A DNA stretch of 64,000 bases from assembly GCF_000143415.4 (NCBI RefSeq), contig NW_003314304.1:499668-563667 (forward strand), given 5' to 3'. Below the pieces are notes generated by a model. The model saw only the letters and a program-made list of their open reading frames with translations. It was not told the origin of the DNA and did no database searches. Source of the stretch: Selaginella moellendorffii (Eukaryota; Plantae; Lycopodiophyta). The stretch's first letter is position 1. Every line of letters starts with the position of its first letter. A program made the position numbers and the translations under genes. Shown here piece by piece: positions 25,609-35,800 of this stretch.

Positions 25609-25959
25609 ATGGCGAAGCGACGGTCGTCCAAGAGATCCGGGGGGAAGCGGGCGCCGGGGCCATACATGCTCTTCTGCAAGGCGAACAGGAAGAAGATCGT
25701 CAAGCAGCATCCATCGGCGAGCTTTGGGCAGATTGGGAAGCTGCTGGGATCGGCGTGGCACAGCCTCTCGCCCAAGGAGAAGAAGGTACCGTAGAAGATG
25801 TGATCACTAATCGAATGGATCCATCCAAGGTCGTCGTCGTCTCGCAAGAGCAGCAACGCAAAATTTCCAGCGAATCGATCATCCAGTGTTGGGGCAATGC
25901 AGGCCTACGAGAAGAAAGCTAGGCGTGGGCGGAAGAAAGGCCGCAAATCCAAGCGCTAG
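25609..25959 (+). CDS. Minimal 77-aa basic HMG-box protein (exons 25609-25785 and 25903-25959)
   Basis: Exon 1 includes KRAPGPYMLFCKANRKKIVKQHPSASFGQIGKLLGSAWHSLSPKEKK; after a GT-AG intron, exon 2 reads AYEKKARRGRKKGRKSKR*. Matches the HMG-box pattern. Confidence 0.85.
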
Positions 25960-26281
25960 AGCTAAGATCATCGATGGGTATCAAATGCCGGATCGATGAT
26001 ACCTAGTTCTCTCAAGATCAATTGCCAGATTTCACACTACACACTGAGATCTTCTTGAATCCAACCTCTTTTCGAATATTCGTCTTTTAGTTTATTCTCT
26101 TGGAATATTTTGGTGTCCCTGGAATAATACTAAGTTCTAGGTAGAGCTTGGCTCTTGACAACGCCGCAAGGTCACTGCTAGGATATAGCGGTAATGTGTC
26201 GCTCTACGGCCCTTAGCCTCCGATTGGGGCGGCGGCTAGGCTTACAAATTCCAGTGTCAGCGCTCCAGATTCTCCACGGCC

Positions 26282-28457
26282 ATGGCAGCGGCGGCTTCGT
26301 CCCTCCTCTTCGACTGCAAGCTCGCGTGTGGATCGCCGCGGCAGCACCAGCGGCGCCATGGATCTAGGGTGAGGCGCGGTGTGGTGTGCTGCAACAAGGA
26401 TGGATTTTCGCCGGCTCCGTCGAGAATCGTGCCCAGGGCGGTGGCGGAGGACGCCGTCGATGAGATTACGGCGGCGCCGGCGCTGGATGCTGGTAGATTG
26501 GTGCCCAGGGTGGAGCAAATCGATAACTACTGGGTGCTCAAGCCCGAGTTTCGCAAGGGGATCAATCCGGCCGAGAAGGTAGGGGAGGGATTTTGATTTC
26601 CTTTCAGTGTGTTAATTTCGCCATGGACAGATCAAGATCGAGAAGGAGCCGATGAAATTGTTCATGGAGAATGGGATCGAGGAGCTCGCAAAGAAGCCCT
26701 TTGACGAAATCGATGCAGACAAAGAGTCCAAAGAAGATGTGGACGCTCGCCTCAAATGGCTCGGTCTCTTCCATCGCCGCAAACACCAATGTAAGCTTTC
26801 ATCGCCCTTCTCATTCTCATTGTGATCGTTCCTTTCCTCGCAGACGGGACTTTCATGATGCGGCTCAAGCTCCCCAATGGATCGTCCACTTCGTCCCAAG
26901 TCCGCTACCTCGCCAGCGTCATTGAGAAGTATGGAGAGAAAGGCTGCGCGGACGTGACGACGAGGCAAAACTGGCAGATCCGCGGGGTCGTTCTCAGCGA
27001 TGTTCCACAGATCCTCGAGGGGCTGGAGGAGGTGGGACTGTCGAGCCTCCAGAGCGGGATGGACAACGTGAGAAATCCCGTTGGGAACCCTCTGGCGGGG
27101 ATTGATCCTCACGAGATTGTCGACACCCGGCCATACACCAAAACGCTCTCGGATTTCATCATCTCAAACGGTCGCGGCAATCCCAGCATCACAAACTTGT
27201 GAGTTTTTCTTCCTTGGGTCTTGGCTCTTACCTTGAATTCCTGGTGTTTGGACTGGATTCTTGGTCGTAGGCTTGAATTCCTAGCTTGGGATTGAATGAC
27301 TCGCTAGTCTTCTCGAATTTCTTGCTTCAAGCGTGCTGAGGGGTCCGTTTGAATTTACGAGCGTCCGTTGACTAGTCTTGACCGGTTTTGACCAGGCCCC
27401 GGAAGTGGAACGTTTGCGTGGTGGGCAGCCACGATCTCTACGAGCACCCTCACATCAACGACCTGGCATACATTCCCGCGATCAAGGACGGGCGATTCGG
27501 ATTCAATATCCTGGTGGGCGGATTCTTCAGCCCCAAGCGCTGCGCTGAGGCGCTTCCACTCGATGCCTGGGTGCCCGGAGACGAGGTGATCCCGGTTTGC
27601 CAGTCGATCCTGGAGACGTTCCGTGACCTCGGGTTCCGAGGGAATCGTCAGAAGTGCCGGATGATGTGGCTCATCGACGAACTGGTAAGCCAGTTCACTC
27701 TTTCAGAGCAGTCGACTAATCTCTTTTTGAGTTTGCTCTCCAGGGAATCGAGGGCTTTCGATCGGAGGTAGAGAAGCGAATGCGAGAGCCTCTGGCCCGC
27801 GCGGCCGAGACCGATCTCCTGAATCCGTCATGGCAGCGACGAGACTTGTTTGGCGTCCATCGCCAGAAGCAAGACGGGTTGAACTTCGTGGGGCTCCACG
27901 TACCAGTCGGGCGAGTCCAGGCCGCGGAGATGATCGAGCTCGCGCGGCTGGCGGACGAGTATGGCAGCGGTGAGATCCGGCTCACGGTTGAGCAAAACAT
28001 CATCATCCCAAACGTTCCCTCGAGCAAAGTGGATTCTTTCCTCCGCGAGCCGCTACTGGCTCGATTCTCCCCAACGCCGGGAATCCTCCAGGCCAATCTC
28101 GTGGCGTGTACGGGCAGCCAGTTTTGTGGCCAGGCCATCATCGAGACAAAGGCCAGGGCCCAAAAGCTGACGGAGGAGCTGGAGAGGACCATGGAGGTGC
28201 CGCGGCCCGTACGGATGCACTGGACGGGGTGCCCTAATTCGTGTGGGCAAATCCAGGTGGCGGACATTGGCTTCATGGGGTGTATGACCCGAGATGCCAA
28301 CAAAAAGGTGGTGGAGGGCGTCCATATCTACGTCGGAGGTAGGGTTGGGGCGGATTCTCATTTGGGCGATCTCGTGGTGGCGGATGTGCCGTGTGATGGC
28401 TTGTTGCCCGTGGTCCAAGACCTCTTGATCGAGCGCTTTGGCGCGAGAAAGAAGTAG
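26282..28457 (+). CDS. NIR1: Ferredoxin-nitrite reductase, chloroplast precursor
   Basis: Transit peptide, then RLKWLGLFHRRK, FMMRLKLPNG, DVTTRQNWQIRG and NLPRKWN; siroheme/4Fe-4S motifs ACTGSQFC and GCPNSCG; GT-AG introns. Confidence 0.97.
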
Positions 28458-28693
28458 AAAGTTTTGATATTTTAAAATTTCAAAGGCGCGAATAGAATCT
28501 AAATTTTAAAAAACAAAAGTTAGAATTAGAGTGACGCTACTCCAAAAATGAGGGTTGAGGATTCGTTGGTCGTGAACTTGTCGTTTCTCTTGCTCTGGAA
28601 GATCTGGCTATAAAATGCGAGGAACTCCTTGATGTTTCCACAAGTTCTCCTCTTCTCTTCTTTTTCTCCTCTCATCCTCTTCTCCTTGGAGCA

Positions 28694-29260
28694 ATGGCTT
28701 CTGGTGTTGCCAGCATCATCCTCCTTGTTGTGCTCTCTAGCTTGGTGGCCTCCTCTGCTGCGAGATTCTCCAAAATCCAGGACGTCTGCCAGCCATTCGG
28801 TGAGCTCCATGCCCCCGGCGGGCATTCGTGCGACGAGTGCTGTAAAGAGGGCGAGAGCTATCCCCAGTACGAATGCTCGCCGCAAGTGACTGGCGCGACC
28901 AAGGCGATCCTCACCGTGAATGACTTTGAGGAGGGCGGCGATGGTGGAGGTCCATCGGAATGTGACAACCAGTATCATGACAATTCGGAGCCTGTTGTGG
29001 CGCTCTCCACGGGCTGGTATGCAAAGGGCAGTCGGTGTGGGAAATTTGTGAGAATCTCCGCGAATGGGCGAACGGTGAGTGCAAAGGTGGTGGACGAGTG
29101 TGATTCCGTCAATGGCTGTGACAAGGAGCACGCGTTCGAGCCACCTTGCCTTAATAACATTGTGGATGCATCGCCCGTGGTGTGGAAGAAGCTGGGGGTC
29201 TCCCAGGACGATGATGACTATGGATACATGAAGATTACGTGGGCTATGGATGATGAGTGA
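28694..29260 (+). CDS. Kiwellin / ripening-related protein, copy 1 (no kissper domain)
   Basis: Signal peptide, [55 protein letters not shown]. Confidence 0.93.
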   Translation: MASGVASIILLVVLSSLVASSAARFSKIQDVCQPFGELHAPGGHSCDECCKEGESYPQYECSPQVTGATKAILTVNDFEEGGDGGGPSECDNQYHDNSEPVVALSTGWYAKGSRCGKFVRISANGRTVSAKVVDECDSVNGCDKEHAFEPPCLNNIVDASPVVWKKLGVSQDDDDYGYMKITWAMDDE

Positions 29261-29479
29261 CAAAGAATTGCATATCGCCTCTATTGTATGTAAATGCGTG
29301 CTTTCTCATCTTTGCTTCGGCAGGTAACATTTACGAGATTTATACCACCTTTGTCTTGATCTTCAAAACTTTCCTGGTCTTGGTCTTCCAAGTGGACTTG
29401 ATCATCCAGAGCTCACCATTACCTTCACTGGCTCTCAAAAAACTCTCATCCCGTCTCCACCAGGCCAGTGTGGCTGCAA

Positions 29480-29714
29480 GCCACGATAAATTCCTTGAGC
29501 AAAGTGGATTCTCTCTTGCTGCTAGCTCGATTCTCCCCAGCTCCAGGAATCCTCCAGACCAATCTGTGTACGGGCAGCCAGTTTTGTGGCCAGACCATCG
29601 TCCAGGCCCAAACGCTGACCCCAGGTGCGATCCGGGTGGCGGACATTGAGAAGATGACTGGAGGGCGTCCATATCTTGTTGGATGTAGTGGATTCATTGG
29701 CGCGAAAAGGTTAG
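29480..29714 (+). pseudogene. Eroded duplicate of the nitrite reductase last exon
   Basis: SKVDSLLLLARFSPAPGILQTNLCTGSQFCGQ aligns by eye to ~28020-28457 with large deletions. Confidence 0.9.
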
Positions 29715-29929
29715 AGCGGAGAGATCAAGTGGCGACGCAGTTAAAAGCGAAACGACAACGCAGTTAAAAGCGAAACGACAATCTCAGACCAACGAATCCT
29801 CAATCCTCACGACGAACGAATCCTCTTGGTTGGCGTCTAGCTATATAACGCAAGGAATTAGGAACTCCATGATGTTTCCTCAGCTTCTCCTCTTGCTCTT
29901 CTCGTCCCCTTCCTTTGAGCAAACTGGAA

Positions 29930-30490
29930 ATGGCTTCTAGTGCTGGCATCATACTTGTCCTTGTTGTGCTCTCTACCTTGGTGGCCTCCTCTGCTGTGAG
30001 ATTGTTCGAAATCCAGGACGTCTGCAATCCATCCGGTGAGCTCCACTCCCCCGGCAGGCTATCATGCGATGAGTGCTGTAAAGAGGGCGAGAGCTATCCC
30101 CAGTACGAATGCTCCCCGCAAGTGACTGGCGAGACCATAGCGATCCTCACCGTGAATGACTTTGAGGAGGGGGGCTACGGTGGAGGTCCATCGGAATGTG
30201 ACAACCAGTATCACGACAATTCGGAGCCTGTTGTGGCGCTCTCCACGGGCTGGTATGCAAAGGGCAGCCGGTGTGGAAATTTTGTAAGGATCTCTGCGAA
30301 TGGGCGAACGGTGAGTGCAAAGGTGGTGGACGAGTGTGATTCCGTGAATGGCTGTGACAAAGAGCACACGTTCGAGCCACCTTGCCTCAACAACATTGTG
30401 GATGCATCCCCTGCGGTGTGGAAGGCGCTGGGGATCTCCCAGGATGATGGTGACTATGGATACATGAAGATTACGTGGGCTATGGGTTGA
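29930..30490 (+). CDS. Kiwellin / ripening-related protein, copy 2
   Basis: Same motifs as copy 1; ATG at 29930 (MASSAGIIL). Confidence 0.93.
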   Translation: MASSAGIILVLVVLSTLVASSAVRLFEIQDVCNPSGELHSPGRLSCDECCKEGESYPQYECSPQVTGETIAILTVNDFEEGGYGGGPSECDNQYHDNSEPVVALSTGWYAKGSRCGNFVRISANGRTVSAKVVDECDSVNGCDKEHTFEPPCLNNIVDASPAVWKALGISQDDGDYGYMKITWAMG

Positions 30491-30619
30491 TCAAGATGTG
30501 TGTTTTCTCTATATATTGTCTTGATCTTCAAAAGTTGTGTGCGATTGAAGACGCTAGGGAAGATGCGCATTCTTGGTGCCGCACAACTTACCAAAGATTC
30601 AATTTGAATTTAGTGACAG

Positions 30620-31430
30620 GTGTTGAATTCCATTGAATGGCCTTCTCAAATTTCTTCAAGCGTTCTGATGAATGTGCAAGCGTCTGATGATTAATCTTGA
30701 CCGGTTTTGACCAGGCCAAGAAAGCAATAACAAAAAAACAATGTCTATCATTTAAACTCTAAGCGTGGTCGTTCATCAACGACCTGGCATACATTCCGGC
30801 AATCGATTCGGATTCAACATCCTGGTGGGCGGATTCTTCAGCCCCAAGCGTTGCGCAGAGGCGCTTCCACTCGATGCCTGGGTATGCAAATCGATCGTTG
30901 GAATCGCCAGAAGTGCCGGATGATGTTGGGAACCAATTCAGCAGTCGATCAACTTCTCTTTCTCCAGGGAATCGAGGTCTTTCAATCGGAGGTGGAGAAG
31001 CGAGTGCTAGAGCCTCTGGCCCCCGCGGCCGTCCTGGATCCGTCATGGCAGCGACGAGACTTATCGCCAGAAGCAAGATGGATTGAACTTCGCAGGGTTC
31101 CACGTACCAGTTGACGAGTACGACAGCGGCGAGATCCGGGTCAAAACATTCCCAAAAGTTTCCTCAAGAAATGGATTCTCTCTGGCTTAATTCTCCCCAA
31201 CGCCGGAAATCCTCCAGGCGAACCTTGTGGCGTGTACGGGCAGCCAGTCAGGCCATCATTGAGACGAAGGTCTGGGCCTAAAAGCTGACCGAGGAGCTGG
31301 AGAGGCAGATCCAGGTGGCGGACATGGCTTCATGGGGTGTATGAAGGTCCATATCTATGTTGGGGCGGAGATGTCCCGTGGTCGAAGAAGTCTTGATCAA
31401 GCCCTTTGGCGCGAACAGTGAAAGTTTTGG
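30620..31430 (+). pseudogene. Eroded duplicate of the nitrite reductase 3' half, including intron sequence
   Basis: Collinear with ~27290-28460 (cttgaccggttttgaccaggcc, catcaacgacctggcatacattcc, cagaagtgccggatgatg, gtggcgtgtacgggcagccag) with many deletions. Confidence 0.92.
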
Positions 31431-31626
31431 AAAAAGCAATTAACGATTTTAAAAAAATGTTTTGGGATGAAAAAGTTAGGCGAGTGGAAGTGACGCTACT
31501 CCAAGAATGAGGATTGAGGATTCATTGGTCGTGGAATTGTCGTTTCTCGAACTCTGCTATATAATGCGAGGAACTCCATGATTTCGCCACAAGTTCTCTT
31601 CTTCTTCTTCTTCAGGCAAACTAGAA

Positions 31627-32193
31627 ATGGCTTCTGGTGCCGGCAGCATCCTTCTCCTTGTTGTGCTTTCCAGTTTGGTGGCCTCCTCTGCTGCGAGATT
31701 TTCCGAAATCCAGGACATCTGCCAACCATCCGGTAAGCTCCATGCCCCCGGTGGGCATTCGTGCGATGAGTGCTGCAAAGAAGGCGAAAGCTATCCCCGG
31801 TACGAATGCTCCCCGCAAGTGACTGGCAAGACAAAGGCGATCCTGACCGTGAATGACTTTGAAGAGGGCGGCGACGGTGGAGCTCCATCGGAATGTGACA
31901 ACCAGTATCACGACAATTCGGAGCCTGTTGTGGCGCTCTCCACGGGCTGGTACGCAAAAGGCAGCCGGTGTGGGAAATTTGTGAGAATCTCCGCGAATGG
32001 GCGAACGGTGAGGGCCAAGGTGGTGGATGAGTGTGATTCAATGAATGGGTGTGACAAAGATCATGCATTCGAGCCGCCATGCCTCAACAACATTGTGGAT
32101 GCATCACCCGTAGTGTGGAAGAAGCTGGGGGTCTCCCAAGACGATGATGACTATGGATACATGAAGATTACGTGGGCTATGGATGATGAGTGA
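31627..32193 (+). CDS. Kiwellin / ripening-related protein, copy 3
   Basis: Same motifs as copy 1; intact 188-aa ORF. Confidence 0.93.
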   Translation: MASGAGSILLLVVLSSLVASSAARFSEIQDICQPSGKLHAPGGHSCDECCKEGESYPRYECSPQVTGKTKAILTVNDFEEGGDGGAPSECDNQYHDNSEPVVALSTGWYAKGSRCGKFVRISANGRTVRAKVVDECDSMNGCDKDHAFEPPCLNNIVDASPVVWKKLGVSQDDDDYGYMKITWAMDDE

Positions 32194-32825
32194 TCAAGAA
32201 TTGTATATCTCTCTTCTATTGTTCGTTGTGTTTTCTCTACACAGAAAACATTTCCTAGATCTAATAGAAATTGATAGTTTTATATTACACTTGACAGCTA
32301 CTTTGCGTCTTGACCTTCAAAACTTTCTCATCCAAGTCTTAATTGGGGACGGGTGGATAAACAACAACTCTACGTTTTGATCTTTCAGAGTCTTTTTCCG
32401 CATAAAGTTCACTAGCACCTTCACTGGAAACTTTACATAAAGAGTGGTAGGAGGCGATCGCTCTTGGGTTGCAACGTGTGGCAGCCCCTGGGCATTACAA
32501 TATGACAATGAGAAGACTTTGAATGGATGTCTGGGTCAATCGTCTGGTGTGAAATTCTTAGAATATCTCTGATTTTCTTAATATAGTCCTTATAATTGAA
32601 GGTATAATGCAACATAGGTGAAATAATCTAAATGCTGTTAGGTTTTATATATTACTTTGTGAAATTTAAAAATTAATTGTACATTTTGTTTTCAAATTAA
32701 TCAAGAGATAAAGTTAATAGTTAATTATATCTTTCAAATTACATTAAATAAAAATATAAAATTTCATACATACATGTGCAAAACAATTTAATTTCTTAGT
32801 ACTTTATATAAATATAAATACACTT

Positions 32826-35800
32826 TATAAGGTTCAAGTGTACAGTTACAATGCCATATACTAATATTAGCATAGTGAGATTTTGGTAGCCATTAGATTG
32901 ATTTCAATTTAGACCACTCATTCTCATATATAAACTAGGGTTTTTGGGTTAATTGATATGCACATTTTTTACATTCCCTTTCCATATTCCATGCACTCAC
33001 ATTGGTGGAAATGAGGGGCATTTTTTATTGTCCTTGAGGAGTGCTTAGATTTGGGATTTTGGTTTAGACTTAATTTTTGCATTATTTAGATTTAGCTTTT
33101 TCCATTTCCTTTTTTTTATTTTTTTCTTATAGGATTTTGGTTTAGATCTAGATTTCCTTTTCCTTCTAGCTTTTTTTCATTCCTCTTCTTTTGCTTTTTC
33201 CTTTTCGTTCATCTTCGTGGCAGATTAGCAATCTCCTCCTTTGACTCTGAAGTAGTAGTTGGTACATTTGTTTGATGTTATGTGATTGCAATTGAACAAT
33301 CAAACTCAGTTGATGGTGGCATTTATGGCACGTGGTACAACTCCTCCTACTCTTGGTGCCAATCCTCGCATTCAGCTGGAGTTCTTTTGTGGGAATCCTG
33401 GGGATGATATGTACCATTGGTTCGATCACTTCACAGTGATTGCCACATATCATTCTTGGGATGATGCTCGACGTTTGTATGAGTTTCTCACGTGTCTCCA
33501 ACCGACAGCATTACAATGGTACAGTGGTTTAAGTGTAGCCACTTGTGGGGATTGGAATGTTCTCCCAGATATCTTTAAATGTGCATTTTGACATGTTGAT
33601 AATTGTGATAATGCCTTCCAACAATTGCATTATCTTCGTTAAGGGTTATTTGAGTTAGTGATGCAATTTAGCATTCGTTTCTGAAGCCTCTTACTTCGTA
33701 TGAAGCCAAATATGTCAAAGCGGATCAAGGTAGGAATATTGTGGCCAGTGCTTTGTCAAGATTTTGTTAGACTTGTGCATGCATTTACTCCTGCCACCTT
33801 TGATGATACTCTTTGCTTGGCACAACGTTATGAGATCTTGCCTCTTCCACTTTTTGCTACACGTCTTTCAACTCTACTTCCTGTGGGTGATGGTCCTGTT
33901 TCAATGGAAGTTGATGCTGCTGCTACTTGAGCCCAAGGATAAGGGCGAGGCCATGGTTGTGGCCATGATGTTCATTGCTAGGCATATGATGAAATTAGTC
34001 ACATTTATCGATGTTGTCGGTGTTTTCTAGATTGGCAGCCACCATTTCATAAATGGAGACCTTGGCGTCAACATGACGCCAAGACATCCTGTTGGTGTTT
34101 GTAGCGCACCTTATCTCTCTCCCCTTAAACCAACTGGAAAAGGGGCAATTGCTTGATGAGAGAGCCCTTAGTGGCTATTTTATCCCCTAAGGTTCTAAGG
34201 ATCCACGGTGACAGTATATCCAAATCTCATCCCATGATCACAATTGCTTGATGAGAGAGCCCTTAGTGGCTATTTTATCCCCATTTATCCCCTAAGGTTC
34301 TAAGGATCTACGGTGACAGTATATCCAAATCAGCACCTCCATTTCCGCACTCAATCTACCAATCCTTCCATTGTGTAGACCAGCTATTCCATGTGAGGCA
34401 ACTAGTCATCCACCCGTACCGCAGTCCCATGGTGGATACCTTCGTCCGTGGATACTCCACACAAGAGGAAGGACGTACGCATGGATGCCCAATACGTACG
34501 ATTTCAAATTTAGGGGTAGGAATATACCTTGCTCAAGGGTATATTATACTTTTAAGTAGCCACTAATCAATGGGAATCGAACCCGTGCCATTTGCTCTAA
34601 TACCAACTGTAGCGCACCTTATCTCTCTCCCCTTAAGCCAACTAGAAAAGGGGCAATTGCTTGATGAGAGAGCCCTTAGTGGCTATTTTATCCCCATTTA
34701 TCTCCCAAGGTTCCAAGGATCCACAGTGACAGTATATCCAAATCTCATCCCATGATCACATGTGCTATAGTGTTGCTGCAATGGAAGGTCTAGACATCGA
34801 GATGCATCTGAGAAATAAGGAGTCACACGAGTAAGAAGGGACCTTGCGCAAATAAGTTAGTGACCCTTCTATCTTTCTTTTGGGAGTATCATCAAGGGGT
34901 TCACTCGGCACCGATTCATTCAATGTTTATATTCTAAGCTCGTTTTTATAACAAATGGTATCCTACTATTCTCTCCATGTTGGTTGATACAAGTTTGAGT
35001 TTATCTTCTATTGCTCAACATGTTGCCACACGTTGTTGTTTACACTTGCGTCGTGCAGTAGAGCTAGTTTTCATTCTTTATGCCAACGGCCGTACACATA
35101 CATGTGCATGGGATGAGGCAGATTTAATTGTGTGTCTGGGAAATCTAACTTGGGTTGCAATCATTGCAAGTGGTGCTAAGTCAAGTTTTTTACCTCATCC
35201 TTGGGATGGATTGATTGCAGCACAATCATGCCAAGTGTGACTTTAAAGTTTCTTCCCCTTGTTTCATACTTCCTTATATTTTATCCATTCCTCTCACTTT
35301 CATATTTCTTCATCCCTCTACTTCTACCTTTACCTCTACTTCCATTACTTTTGTCCCCCCACTATTTCCTCCTATGTTTCTGTCTTATTCTACTCTTCCC
35401 TTCTTCGATCCCTTTGACAATTTTTGTGTTGCAATGGTTGATCGGCTCATGAAGGAGTATTTTGATCTATTTAAATTTGACCTATCGTCTGGGTCCAAGA
35501 TTGCCACATGTCATCCGATTCCAACCGAGGATGCTCGTCTAATCAAGGTTCTTGTTCGTTGTTAGTCACCCAAAGAGATCAAGCTTTTACATGCAAACGT
35601 GAAGGAGATGTTGGAGAAGGGTATTATTCGGAAGTCACGGAGTCCTTGAGCATGTGAACCTCATCTTGTGACAAAGCTTGATAGAAGTATTCGTTTTTGC
35701 ATCGACTATCGTTCGTTAAACAAAGTAATGATCCCGGATGTGTACCCTCTTCTTCACACTGTTAATCTTTTAGATTATCTAGGGCGAAGTCGTTAATTCA

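Noticed and set aside
28526-32080. Long antisense ORFs over the kiwellin genes
   Set aside because: Shadows of GC-rich coding sequence; they differ in extent between the three copies.
34145-34190. Hammerhead ribozyme (retrozyme) in the TRIM LTR, suggested by TTGATGAG followed by an AGCC..GGCT stem
   Set aside because: The core is not CTGANGA and no GAAA follows the stem.
34100-34760. Cassandra element or a tRNA gene
   Set aside because: No 5S rRNA similarity and no cloverleaf; only the PBS and a B-box-like motif.
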